A stretch of DNA of 63,245 bases, filler included, from Lenisia limosa (lineage: Eukaryota > Protista > Breviatea), in NCBI GenBank assembly GCA_001655205.1. It is 10 parts of 10 records of this genome, joined end to end, with 100 filler letters (N's around TTAATTAATTAA, not from the genome) between each part and the next. Parts side by side here need not be neighbours in the genome. Positions count along the whole stretch, not along the records: positions 1 to 2,455 come from LPNZ01010510.1; positions 2,556 to 20,513 come from LPNZ01011725.1; 8 more parts are not named here. One strand, 5' to 3'. Positions 1 through 12,604 of this stretch are shown here, piece by piece. The translations under genes were made by a program, and so were the position numbers. The notes below the pieces were generated by a model that did no database searches, was not told the origin of the DNA, and saw only the letters and a program-made list of their open reading frames with translations. How positions within the stretch are numbered: position 1 is the first letter of the stretch; each line of letters starts with the position of its first letter.

Positions 1-166
1 AAAAAAAAAAAAAAAAAGTCCAGGAATTGAGTGCAGAATATTGTAATAGTATATCATATGCATATGATTTAATAAAAAATAGGCGTTGCGTAAAATTACG
101 TAAAATTCAATAAAATAACTCTCGAACGCCAATAAATAGAACTGATTTACCAACCACCCTTCCCAC

Positions 167-1860
167 CTCAGATCCCAGATCATGGCCGATCCGTCCCGTG
201 AAACCGAGGCCATTTCCATGCAATTAGTTGGGCTCCATGCAGATGCTGTCACCACGTCTTTGTGACCTGGGGGGGGGGGGGNNNNNNNNNNNNNNNNNNN
301 NNNNNNNNNNNNNNNNNNNNNNNNNNNNNNNNNNNNNNNNNNNNNNNNNNNNNNNNNNNNNNNNNNNNNNNNNNNNNNNNNNNNNNNNNNNNNNNNNNNN
401 NNNNNNNNNNNNNNNNNNNNNNNNNNNNNNNNNNNNNNNNNNNNNNNNNNNNNNNNNNNNNNNNNNNNNNNNNNNNNNNNNNNNNNNNNNNNNNNNNNNN
501 NNNNNNNNNNNNNNNNNNNNNNTCCTGCCACTCCATACCCTGCCACTCCATACCCTGTCACTCAATACTCTGCCCCTTCATACCATTTAGAACCGTCGTA
601 ATGGCCCCCATCTGAACGTCTGCAAGGTAGAGGTGCGGAGACAACGTACATACTGCGAGGAAATTGTGGGATGTTGTTTTGATTTCAGAGGGGGGAAGAT
701 AAAATGGATATTTTATGAAATAAAAAACCCAGAATCAACTCTTTTCGCAAGCATTAAGAGGGAGGTAAGTAGTGTTTTTGATTTGAGAAACACACAGAGT
801 TGGTAACAGTTATGAACCAGTATAAGGCTATCTTCTCAGTTTATTTGCGTAAAACCTACTTGATAAATAAGGCTGGCCCGAAGGCACCGGGGAAATTCCA
901 ATTGAAGTTACTCCGTGATCAAGGGCGACGTTAGAAACTGTCTAATAAAGTAAGTCCCTTGCCTAATAACTGGCTTCCTAAGGTCCCAAAAAAGACGGAA
1001 TTTCTAGATAAATCCTCTATAAGTTTCGATTTTTAATGGTCTTTTTCGGACCGTAGGGAAGCCCTACTAATAAGGTAATGGGTCTCCAGGCGCGGTGTGA
1101 ATTTAAAAGTATCATTATGAGTTCATTCTAAAAGTGGCGAATCATAGAAAGTATAAGCTCGTAGTACCATATGGGGGNNNNNNNNNNNNNNNNNNNNNNN
1201 NNNNNNNNNNNNNNNNNNNNNNNNNNNNNNNNNNNNNNNNNNNNNNNNNNNNNNNNNNNNNNNNNNNNNNNNNNNAAATAACAATAAGGATCTGGCCGAA
1301 GCCGTCACCATCACACTTTTTGATATTGAATTATAGTAAAATATTAATTCACCCAATCATAATACTAATACGGGGGCAGCGCAAACAATTTGGTTATTAG
1401 TGTCCCAGGTTTTGACAGACTTGTCCATAGAGGCAGAGAAGAATATCCCAGTGTCTCCCGTGAACCTAAAGAAGTAATTTCCAAAGGTCATCTTAAGATA
1501 CAGTGTATCATATCACTTTTGGTTCATTTTATCGATTAATATCCTCAAAAAATGAATTGCAAGGAGTTCTATGGTTATTGTTTGCTATTCGTGTATCTCT
1601 TAATTGTACAACTGTATACACTTACCGTGATATGTCCTGAAACGATCGACTAAAGATAACGCTATTCGTATCAGGACTTATCACGCTTGAATATACATCA
1701 TATCATATGATATGTACATGTCAAAATATTTCATCTAGAAATGAGAAATCCTGTCACATCTCCAAAAAATAAAACAATAAAACAGTTTTCCCAAAACCTG
1801 ACCAGACTCACCACTTCAGGTCTGTCACAGCGTGGGAATGTGAGGTCGGACCCCTTGGAA
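167..1860 (-). CDS. ERCC8: ERCC8/CSA-like WD40 DNA excision repair protein (multi-exon, partial)
   Basis: Spliced minus-strand exons read HSHAVTDLKW / FTGDTGIFFSASMDKSVKTWDTNNQ / DHGVTSIGISPVPSGQPYL / LAVCTLSPHLYLADVQMGAITTVLNG|HKDVVTASAWSPTNCMEMASVSRDGSAMIWDLR. These are colinear with CSA motifs ([24 protein letters not shown] ... LCDLKSGSCSHILQGH..ILAVSWSP...LATASADSRVKLWDVR). Both ends run off the scaffold or are unresolved. Confidence 0.8.
524..583. repeat. 15-bp tandem repeat x4 at the 5' end of an ERCC8 intron
   Basis: cctgccactccatac x2, cctgtcactcaatac, tctgccccttcatac. Confidence 0.9.
972..1064. mobile_element. MITE family A copy (hairpin, GGGCTTCCCTACGGTCC subfamily)
   Basis: Left end ggcttcctaaggtcccaaaaaagac, right end gtctttttcggaccgtagggaagccc followed by TA; located in an ERCC8 intron. 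Confidence 0.8.
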
Positions 1861-1922
1861 ATAAGTTTTAATCCAATGAGATGAAGGTAGGAAATAAGTT
1901 GTAATCCAATGAGATGAAGTTA
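1857..1922. repeat. 33-bp tandem duplication abutting a MITE A copy
   Basis: ggaaataagtt(t/g)taatccaatgagatgaag(g/t)ta x2. Confidence 0.9.
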
Positions 1923-2012
1923 GGGGTTCCCTACGGTCTGAAAAAGACAGACAAAACATCTGTATTTATCGAGGATTTATCGAGAAATTCAGCATTTTTC
2001 TGGACAGTAGGG
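1923..2012. mobile_element. MITE family A copy (diverged)
   Basis: TA-ggggttccctacggtctgaaaaagac ... atttatcgaggatttatcgagaaattcagcatttttctggacagtaggg. Confidence 0.75.
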
Positions 2013-2215
2013 TGAGGGGGCAAAAGAAAGGACATGTGGCACTATCATATTAAAGCTTATGTGAAAAACAAAAAGAAAGGTTGTATATGACCGAGGCTGT
2101 CCACCGCTTATAAGAGACATTAGCTTAATACTCACTCATCCAATCGCTTCCCTTTCAGCTTGGGTAATATTAAAAATAGGTTACATGTTCATGGATTAGA
2201 GGAAAGTAATGAGTA

Positions 2216-2275
2216 GGGCTTCAAGCCCTACGGTCCCAAAAAAGACTGAATTCTCGATAAATTCTCAATAAATAT
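2216..2275. mobile_element. MITE family A half copy
   Basis: TA-gggcttc(aag)ccctacggtcccaaaaaagactgaattctcgataaattctcaataaatatc; the right TIR is absent. Confidence 0.7.
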
Positions 2276-2455
2276 CCATTCCATATTGTACCCGTCTTAT
2301 GCTGTAACAATACGCTGTATGTCATTTGAACTATCGTATAGCGAGCCCACTTTTTGATTGTGAACTTCGGGAGGTGGGAGTAGAACCCACCAATGACTGG
2401 AGCTTTTTTGGCTCTTTTTGCGGAAGATGTAGGCAAGGCCTGAGAGGTTAACACT

Positions 2456-2555
2456 NNNNNNNNNNNNNNNNNNNNNNNNNNNNNNNNNNNNNNNNNNNNT
2501 TAATTAATTAANNNNNNNNNNNNNNNNNNNNNNNNNNNNNNNNNNNNNNNNNNNN
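2456..2555. other. Artificial scaffold linker (44N-TTAATTAATTAA-44N)
   Basis: Exact 100-nt structure with stops in all six frames; it recurs nine times in the window. Confidence 0.97.
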
Positions 2556-5430
2556 TACTGATGTCCACGTGTTCAAGGATAACTCGGACCATTTGTTGAT
2601 ACTCTTCACTCCTATACAGTCAAAACTCATTTCATGTGTGCCATCTAGATTCTGCCGATGAACCAACAATAAAAACAAGTTCAACAACCCACTCTCTCGA
2701 GAAGAGGCAAAGTTTCCTTGCTGTAATTTCAAACTCAAAGGAGCGTTGCATGCTTTTCAGTTCTAAAGGAATAAAAAATATAGAGACAGAAGTAAGTGCT
2801 ATAACAAGACCCCTCTAAATCAACTGTTCATTCAGAAGGTCTCGACCACATACTGAAGTCGGGTTCTCCGCCGCTGACGGTCACTGCAAAGTCCAATTGA
2901 TGCAAACGGTACTCTGAAGGTGTCAATGAGCGAAAGTAAAGATGCCAAAAGAAATGACCGAAAAAGGTGTCCATTCCAGGCAAGCCCACTAATGATCACG
3001 ATCGAAGCAGCAAAACAGAGGGTCCATGGCGTGAGGTAGAACAGAGTCAGTGCCAGCGAGCCTGGGGAAATGTCCAGGAAACTAAGAGCAGAAAAGAAGA
3101 GGCCGGTCCAAGAGAGAATCATAGATGACGATGCAACCTGAAATTGTCAGATGCTGGGAATTGTGGGTAACTGTAGAAAAGTACCAATAGTTTAATGCCA
3201 CAACACCAACCATAATACACGTGGTCGAACTAAAGAAGGGAAGATAGTAGTAGATTATGGCCGTAACATATGCGAATGCCAAGCCAAACACAAGGCTGAA
3301 GTACTTGTCTATAGGGAATTAGGGTACTCAACAAAGATTTGTATTACCAAAGTCAAGTTAACGCACCTCCAAGAGGGACCGCTGTGTAGAGTCCCAGGAG
3401 AAATATGATAAAAAGGCTGGTTTTGGTTTGAACTCGCGAATGAGATGACACCATTATCCCAGAAGACCTCTAAAAGAGATAGTAAAAGATGGTCAGGTTG
3501 CTCTGACCATTCCCATGATCACAAAATACTTCAACCAATACCTGAACAAAAATTCAGGAAAACAAAGGATGCTGTTCAAACGTAGCATCCAAACAAAGCT
3601 CATAAAACCACCAACTCACAGGGTCATCGTCATAGAAGAACATGTGATAGAAGTAGTAGCATGGCAAAAAGACAAGTAGCGCCAGCCCAGCCTGAATAGT
3701 TAGGCAAAGGCGGACAAAACAATGAGAACCAGATCAAAATTATAGACACCTCTCTCACCACAATTGCGACGGGAAGCCTCTCTCCCTCGAAACACTCGTA
3801 ATCAAATGTCCGATGCACAATGCTGGTGGAGTAGTAGGTACATGCCAGAGGGAATGTCAAAAGATGAACTACGATGTGAGTTAGAAATGCGACTTACACG
3901 TTGGTATGGCCAGAGGGAAGCAAAAGATAAGGGTAATTGAGAAGAAGAGTCGAATGCGCCATGCCGCTGTCTCTTTGTGCTGTATCACCTGGAGGGTAAG
4001 GTGAGGTTAGACTTTTTATTTTGGCTTGTTTTATGGAATTAATGGTATGAATTTGTTAATGTTTTTAATTGCTAAATAAAATACTATTCCACAAAAGAGC
4101 TCCATGGTATATTATTAGCTGAAAGATTTGTAGTTTGTGGATTTAGGGTAAAAAAGGAAATGCCTACAAAAAAAGGTTTTACATTCAAAAGAAAACTTGC
4201 TATTGAGACCCCGTCCTTACCTTTGATTCAATGTAGCCCCAGATAACAAGAGTGACTACCACCAAGCTTGTGACAATTATCCAAAAGTCAACTGTAGAAG
4301 ATGGAGCAGTCTCCCAAATTGGAAACTGGAGCTGATGGATATAATGAACCTGGGTGGTTAGTCTCACAATTGAGAGTGGACAGAATCCCGCCGAACCTAC
4401 CCCAAGATTCACAATGTCAACAAAGTCATAATCTGGTGTTACAACAAGACCAAGTAACTCTAAAGTCGTCAAAAAGAGCGAAACATTGTGACATGAGGAT
4501 TATACAAAGCTATTTCTTAGTCGGATTTTCGTACTCGGTGTCGCATTTTTACGTTTTCCGGAGGTGTTACAAATTGCCGCTTTTTGCTCAAAATCATGAT
4601 GCAAATCAGTCTTACATATACTCTCTTCGTCGGATTTTGTCAAGGCAACCTCAGGTTGACTTAGGGTCAAATCTTTAAAGGGTGAAGGCAAATGAGGGTT
4701 TGAAAGTCTCTAAAGGGTGAAGGCAGATGAGGGTTTGAAAATCTCTAAAGGGTGAAGGCAGATGAAGGTTTGAAAAATAAGTGGCATAAAGTGCCCTCTT
4801 TACTTCTTGGCGATCATTACAGGATGTTGCTGGGGTTCTTCGCAAGCAAGACTTTAGATAATCCGACCAAAAACGCGACGAACAAAAAATGCGACACCGA
4901 GTAAAAATAATTTTTGCATTATCCACCTAACGTAAAAGTCATTGAATTCACCCTCTCACGAAAGAAGACACAAAATAAGAGCAAAAATTCAATTTTTTTG
5001 TTCAGGGGCAACAAAGCTTCAACCCCCTTGATGACTGAAAAGATTAGTCAGGCCTGGGAGTAACGAAAATTGAAACCTTTAGGAAAACCACTGGACCCAC
5101 AGAATTTGAAAGCACCATCCTCGATTCCTTGGAGAAGGCCAACGTGTATGGTGGAAGTGGTAGAGGTTCTTGAAGATCAAAACAGACATCAGACACAATA
5201 CACACAGTGGTGAGTAATCCCGTTGAACGATCCATAATCCCACAATTTACAACAAGGGTATGTGATATTGAAGCCTAGTTCTTCAAGACCAGTTCTTCCC
5301 TGCCTTTAATGACCTTGACTAACCCCCTTACAAAGAAGACTGTTTTGAAAAGACCGAGTGCTCAACCTCATTTGAAGGCACTTCATCCTCCATGTTGCTC
5401 TTGATGGGAACTTTGGAGAACCTGTGACGT
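2556..5430 (-). CDS. Multi-exon, multi-pass membrane protein (N-terminal part; possibly TmcB-like)
   Basis: Hydrophobic spliced segments such as DFWIIVTSLVVVTLVIWGYIESK, AGLALLVFLPCYYFYHMFFY and DKYFSLVFGLAFAYVTAIIYYYLPFFSS...ILSWTGLFFSALSFLD...LFYLTPWTLCFAASIVIISGLAW. Truncated at the linker. The TmcB resemblance is from memory only and the 5' extent is uncertain. Confidence 0.5.
4669..4776. repeat. 35-bp tandem repeat x3
   Basis: ctaaagggtgaaggcagatgagggtttgaaaatct units. Confidence 0.92.
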
Positions 5431-5843
5431 GCCGATTAAATGTGTTCTGTGCTACTAAAAAAAACAGGCAATGTTTCTTCGATAGCGGAAGGGAGCAAAG
5501 GCGTCCTCCAAAGATCTGGCCTAAGATTAGCCCGCTTTCTAAAACGCTTTACTAAACTTTTAGTTCTACTTTATAATATTTCACAAAATAATACAATAAT
5601 ACCGATGATGATCCGAATAACAGCGAATAATTACCTTCAAGGTACGAGGAGTTGGGAGTTGGCAACTCTCCGCGAAACACACAACCAACGGCGCGCGAGG
5701 AAAATCTGCCGGCACGGGTTGTTTACAATGACGTCACACTGACACCCTTATACGGTCTTTCTTTGTCCCTAGCCAGTCTCTTTGCTGTATTACTTCTCTG
5801 TAAACATATTTGTAGATTTAAGTTTTGAAATTTTATTCTAGAG

Positions 5844-7230
5844 ATGGATTTCCTTTTTGATCTTGCTGAAAGTCATGTCCAAGACATTTTTGTCACGTTT
5901 CCTGGCGCAGTACAGGAGATGAAACCATACATTAACTTCATTGATTCGACTTTCCGTGAGTTTCCTTTAGTAATATAATAATTTCTGTCAGTTTTCGTTT
6001 TGGCATTCTTCATCTTCAACCCACTCTTTTGGAATATCGTGGCGCGTACGCAGGTTTGTGGCTGTTTACTGAATAAGCTCATATTTGAACCATTACAATA
6101 TCATTTAATTACAGCCCTGCAGTGAACACTGTTTTTATTCGGTTACTATTCGGCTGCACTGTCTGTCAAATTCATCCCATTTCCTGAAATAGGAAAAGCA
6201 AAGGGGGAATTCCCACTTAGAATAATCAAATTGAACGAATGTAACTGTTTGTATTTAAAAAAAATGACGTTTTAGTACAAAACACGATTCCTTACAAAGC
6301 TGTGTGGAGGTTCCTCTCTTGTTGCAGTCTATGTTCTTGCCTTCACTATCTTCTTCCTGTCACTGACAAGAGACTACTAGTAAGTGGGATGGTGAATGGT
6401 AACTTCAATACGGCATTCCAATTTCTTAGCAAAAATCACCCCCTTTTTAGCAATTCTGTACGCTTCTCGTGTTTTTTACCCCCCTCCCCCCTTTTCAGTT
6501 TTGCTCTTGCTCTGGAATCACAACCCCAATCTGCCTTCCTCAACTCACACACCATCAAGGTGAGTCTTGTTCTTCACTCATCTCTTGATTGGAAATCTTA
6601 TTCATTTCCAGGCATTAGCATACATTCTTGGAGCCTGGGGAGGACTTCTCGTTATTGGAGCCTACTACCATCTTGGTATTATCAACACCTACCTTGGAGA
6701 CTACGTTGACCCCGAGAGGTTCCTCATGAAGGCTTACGTCACCGGTTTCCCTTTCAACTGCACCGGTTCCCCCATGTACACTGGTGCTTCCTTCATGTTT
6801 CTTGCCCACGGCCTTCTGTTTGTGGGATACGCATGATTATGAATGTTGTATATTTTGGTGTGCCGCTGTAATTGCATAGGAAGGAGAGCTGGGCTGGTGT
6901 TTTCTTTGCCGTTTGGGCCTACACATGCTACCAAGTTGCTCTTCTCTTCGAAGACCCTTTTACAACTCGTTTGGGGGTTTCAGGACTCTAAGTGGCAGGA
7001 ACTAATATCATTAAAATACTTATGAAATTGAAATATTCAAATCCTGCCATCAATGTGACAGATGCAATGATATAGCTCCAGTTTTTTGTTTCTCCAAATC
7101 TTGTTCAGTGCTACTTGGTCTTTTTGGCCAACCTCCTCTTCATTTCCCAGAAATCTACGCCACCGCCGCCGCGAAGAAGGCAGTCAAGAAGGCCACGAAG
7201 TCTTCGAAGAGGCCTGCTACGTCTGCCTAG
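5844..7230 (+). CDS. PEMT: Phospholipid (phosphatidyl-N-methylethanolamine) N-methyltransferase, PEMT/OPI3 family
   Basis: Exons give FFIFNPLFWNIVART, FLTKLCGGSSLVAVYVLAFTIFFLSLTRD, LGIINTYLGDY...VTGFPFNCTGSPMYTGASFMFL and YQVALLFEDPFTTQIY. ATG at 5844, TAG at 7228-7230. Confidence 0.93.
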
Positions 7231-7549
7231 GGCGTATTCCAATACCAATCAATACAGGGAACAATTGTACATTATTAGAAACACCGTCACCATATCCATC
7301 ACCATTGAAACATTAGCCTTACTTCTTGTCCTTGCAAACACAGTACTCAATCGCTAAAGACATTTTGCTACCTGAGACACACGTCACATCCCTACTCAGT
7401 CAGCTGCTAATGATATTTCAATCATATGATTCCAATGCAACCTGATATCAAACGAAGAAAAAACAATCTCTGGTTCTCTGGCTGATATGATCATCTCGCA
7501 AGCCAACCCGAAATAGTAGGTCAGCTGCTTGGCATCGTACATCGTGAGC

Positions 7550-10500
7550 TCACCTTCTTTCTAGGGGGGGTCTATAACACCAAATATTGGGAAATTCAAT
7601 ATCCCACTCCATATCAGAAGGTATTCTAAAAACACAACTTGCTAAGCTAACAAATTTGTTTTGTAATTGAAACGTGCAAGAAAGAATCCTAAGCCAGAGC
7701 CTACGGATTTGATTTGGTCGAACAGTTCTGTCCACTGTTTCCGTTCCCTCTCTGGTCCTCGGAAGGTCTGAAATGTCAGCAAATTGCACCATCCGAATAT
7801 TGAGACCAGGAGGACCTTGGCGAACTTGGTTGGGATTGACGTAAGTAGCGTAGGCGTTGTAGACAGGAGGGTTGTTCAGGGCCCGGCCGTTGCGCTTTTC
7901 CGTCCAAAACAGCGAGTGGTAAACCTGCGGGTTGGTAAGCTGCCTTGTACCAAAGAGTACTCTCAAACACAGGTAATATTAGCTACCTCGCGGATAATGG
8001 GCGTTTTCAACTGGCCGAAATTGGTGAGTTGATCACTAGATCAAATCAGAAAATTACAAGAATACTACAAGAATACATATCTCAAAAGAATTCATCACTT
8101 CGTGTCATAGTATTATACTATTTAATATGATATGTAATAGTTTGTAGTATGTACGCGTACCCCCCCCCCCCACTATGANNNNNNNNNNNNNNNNNNNNNN
8201 NNNNNNNNNNNNNNNNNNNNNNNNNNNATCTGGCGCGCTAAGAAGCTGCCAAGTCAGAGATTAAACAATACAATGTCCAAATGTGAATTGTGGCACAAAC
8301 AGGTAGAAAATAGAAATGCCCCCTTCACCGGTTTGATAAACCTGTAGAATGCTTGCTGCGTCTCGCGGGTTGCGTCCTAATATCACTATCAGTGTCTTGC
8401 CATAAAATAAAAATCCCAAGATCAAAGCAGAATAAAGGGAACAAATTGTTTGAAAAAGTTAACTGAGGATGAGACGTATCCTCTAACATGGATTTCGAAT
8501 GATTGCAGCTCGTGTTTAGGGCCATATGAAGCAAAAGTTGTTGGGTGCTCGTCAGAATAGAATTTCGGTCTAAGTTGTAAGTAAAACTCGCAGGTTTTAG
8601 ACTTCCTTCTGGTTCAACAGCAAAAGAGGGGAGGTAATTATATTTCGTTTGGGGCTTGAATGTGGCTCAAAAACAAAATCAACACCGTCTTCCTTGTTCC
8701 CAGAGCACGTACTTTTCCGGGACCGAGCCAAGAAGTGGTCTCATCGGTAGTTCATAGTCGAACGGACCAAACCGGTGATCTTTTGGCGCCTAAGGGTGAG
8801 GGAATGCCCAAAAGTAAAGTATAAAGCCCCTAATAGCATATCATATAGTAAGTTGTATATTCCATTCAGCTTACGGGGTCTCTGCCGTCCATGATGCCAG
8901 TGTTGCTGCAGACACAAAATTCATTGAAGATACCTGCCTCATTGCATCTACGGCGTAAACAGGGGGTCTATCATTTCAATTCTACACAGGTTGATAGGAG
9001 ATTTGTCATTGTTTTATTGCCACAACGAGTATAGTATGAAAATAAGAAATTGATAGTATAGCAATGGAGACTCACGAGCGATGTGGTATTTTGGTCAGAA
9101 GACTACGGGTGATCTAAACAAAGTAAACGCAAACAATGTTTCAATAAGTCTGGTCCGTCAGATTGAGAGCTAGTGTCGATACCCAAATAGTCGAATAAAC
9201 GCAGGTCCCACATGTTGGGTGAAGTTAGTCTGCATTTTGGAGTCGCTCAGGGTCATGGGGTAGGTTGCAAGGTTTCTACATATAGTGAAATAAAAAAACA
9301 GATAATCCAAAGTCAATAGGGATCTTTCAACTCCATACGATATGCTGAACAAAAAATGCCACGCCAACCTGACTGTTTTGTTGATGTCACGAGGAAGCAC
9401 AATCCCCTTCGTATTGTACCTCAAGTTTTCACTATACAGTGAGAATATTTTCAAACTAGGACCATTGTAAATAGATTGTACACCCAATTACACAAGCTCG
9501 GGATAATGTTCGGCAATATCGCCTGACACCAGAACTGAGAACGCAGGGTTATCATGGTCACTGACGCCTAAGATGGTCATTTGGATACTTCTTGTATTTG
9601 GATTATTTCTGTAAATTGTCTCGGCATATTTTAGAAATTATATGTAACAGTATAGTGCTGCAAAAACCGAGAATATACCCACCAGGCTCCGACATGAAAA
9701 AGCTGCCAAGATGGATCCCATGATCACCAACGATCACGGTGATCAAGGGGTATCCTCCCTCCTTGGCGTCCTTGTACATCTGTTTGATCAACCCGGTGGT
9801 GGCCTAAGTCGTCATTCGAAAATGGGAGAGAAACAACCAAACGTGGACATGGCTTGTGAAAGCAACAGTGTTCCCCTCAAAAAATTGAAGAAAAGAATGC
9901 CACTAACTGAAGTGAAGCCCTTCTCACACCCTGTCTTCGTTGGGGCAGCACTTCTGCACATCAGGCTGGTGGGCGTTGAAGATCTACAACAATAGTGATG
10001 GACCTTCGAATATTTCTATATACTAGGTGAAACTGAATGCTTTAACATGTAGCCTTGCAGCTGTCAAAACAACCTTAATGTAGAGCTCAAATGAGAGACT
10101 GAACCTACATGAAAGGCTGAAAACACCGGGCGTCCCGCTTTAGCATGTCGCTTTGTGTAGGTATAGGTGAAACGCTGCCTTTCAGCTGTGTCAGCTATGT
10201 CCTCGTAAACGTCACAGTACTACAATGTAAACTGTTTGGCAATCAGAAAAGTATCAAGGAAGCCATTCAAAAGTGTACAAAAGGAGCTGCTAATTAAAGA
10301 GCAAACTCTGATCAAGGATACAAAAAGAAATAATATGGCATTCAACAAATGCCAAACAGGCGAACCTGGTCTTTCATTCCGTGCCTGAACTGGGGGTTAT
10401 TGGCGTGGTACGGTTTCAGCGCAGTATAAGAGGCAGTAGCTACATGCCAGCCCATAGCCGCCAAATTAGCCTCGTCAGTAGAGTGGTGGTTCTTCNNNNN

Positions 10501-12039
10501 NNNNNNNNNNNNNNNNNNNNNNNNNNNNNNNNNNNNNNNNNNNNNNNNNNNNNNNNNNNNNNNNNNNNNNNNNNNNNNNNNNNGCTATTTTGTCTTTGTT
10601 TAGTGTCACCACATATGATAAATATATCATCTTCACCTACCTTGTTAGTTGGTCGAACCACAAAATCAGGGCCAAGAGGTCCAATGTACACTGGCTGCTC
10701 TAAGTTTAGCCCATCCTGGAATGTTAATTAATTCTGTCCAACCATCCCATGCCACCTTATCAACCCATCCTGTGATTTCAAGCCCGGTGAGGAGGGCGTT
10801 CCGATTGATAAACGAGTTGCCGGCTTGGCTACGATGATACTGCAATGGTGAGGGTAGGAGTGATATATAATAATTCATCATATTATATGATACGTCTATA
10901 AAAAGCAAGGACCTACATATGGGAAGTTAAACGCCTGAACGTCATCAAAGCCCTCAGTCATGATCTGAATTGTTAGGACAAGAGGAGTGGAGGTTCCACC
11001 CCATGCTTTGTCATGCTATTAATTATCCAAATCTCATTCAACAAGAATCGCAATACCTGATGGATGCCTGGGTAGACTGGCGGAGTGTAACGTCGCCCTG
11101 CGCATTCCACAACGATCTTGAGAATGTGCGGCGGGTTGTCAACAAAATACGACGAGAGGGATGCTGGGTTGTCAACAAACTACGATTCACAGATTCTATT
11201 ATCCCGAGTAGACATCACGGGCATACCGCCATTTTTCTCGTTATATGCCGCAATGCTCCTTCCAAGTGCGTCTTTTCTTGAGAGAATGGACTCATTCAAA
11301 CCGCCCATGATGGAAGGGGACGGCGGAGGTAACTACATCAGCCAAGATTAAAACTCTCACAAAATAAAAAGTGCCAAATAATAATGCAACAATTATAAAA
11401 CAAGTAGAACGATAAAAAAAAATACTGCGAGGTGGAGATTGAGCAGTTGATAAAAGCAGAGACAATATCGTCTGACCTTACTATCCACTTCCGGCAACAT
11501 GTCTGGTGGTGGTGGTCTATGTCCGAAGAGTTTCTTGACACCAGGAAGAAACGGCTTGTCCAGAGGCTCACATATAAACTCCGATCTGAACAAGTCACAC
11601 ACACAGAGTGAGGGTTTCAGTCCAAAAAAGAATTTTAAAGAACCATAAAATACAACGGTTCCCTCTTCAACCTACCCACCCTTCGATCTTCTGATTCGGT
11701 TCGGGAGGAGTGAACCTCAAGTCGCCACTAGCAGCCGGGACATAGTGGGCACGCATTGACAATACTTCGCCTTGCACTGTGTCATTGATAAACACTGGCT
11801 CGAGGGTCCAGAATTCTGCCTGAAAACCCAGTAAATCAACCATGTTTACACTTTAATGTTTCAAAATCCAATTACACCGTAGTTGACATTTGCTCCACAC
11901 CCCCACCAAGGCAATGAAAAGGATGGTAGTGCAGATGACCACCGCTACAAGCCCAATCGCATGGTCTTTGATCATCTGCGAAAAATCATTTTAAATCAAG
12001 AGGAAGACTACCCTTCCAAGGCGGATCCTTGGGTGCCAT
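7550..12039 (-). CDS. DUF229-like (alkaline phosphatase/sulfatase superfamily) type II membrane protein, multi-exon
   Basis: N-terminal TM IGLVAVVICTTILFIALVGVW, then PPHILKIVVECAGRR, FNFPYHRSQAGNSFINRNALLTG, PLITVIVGDHGIHLG, HYPELV..ENLRYNTKGIVLPRDINKT and RRCNEAGIFNEFCVC. The order matches DUF229 motifs (DS.SR; YNKVGDNTFPNL..LLTG; SDHG; L..N..RL.TP.D; C..AGIP...C.C). Ends are approximate. Confidence 0.7.
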
Positions 12040-12604
12040 GATACAGATGACATGCAGAGATTGTTACACCTTGGACAAAAAAAAGCAGTTGAAGAAGACA
12101 TTGGTCAAGAATATATTCCTCCCATCAACCCCCAATACAATGACAGACAAGTGATCAGGCCAATCAGTCCAAGATGACGTCAAGAGGAGAGAACACTCTG
12201 TGTATCCTCCAGGGGGAGTTGGGAAGGGTTGTTGTTAAGGCAGGTTTCTGTGTACGCTTGGCGACCCCCCAATCAATATGACTGAACAAACATTACTATA
12301 ATAAATATTATTGGGAAAAAAAGGAAAAAAGAGGGGTGAAAAAGTTGAGTAAAAAATCTTATATTGGTGAGATTCCCCCCTTTTTTTTCATTTTCATTTA
12401 TGGCGAGAGGTTGACAAACTTGTTTATTTATACCCCATGTTGGTGGCTAGTGTGGTCAACTATCCAACTATCCAGTACGCTAGTATGATGGGGAGAGTAG
12501 GAGAGTATTCAATTCACAAATGGAATAGTCCTGAAGAAAATAGTGCATTGAAGCGAAACAGTAACTCAGTAAACCATAGATAAGAAAACGGGATTGGAAA
12601 TAAC

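Noticed and set aside
2500-2511. TTAATTAATTAA as a regulatory palindrome or piggyBac TTAA target
   Set aside because: It is always centred in 44N flanks and is an assembly linker.
4669-4776. 35-bp repeats (and the 38-bp and 33-bp arrays) as possible CRISPR repeats
   Set aside because: The units are contiguous with no unique spacers, there are no cas genes, and the context is eukaryotic non-coding DNA.
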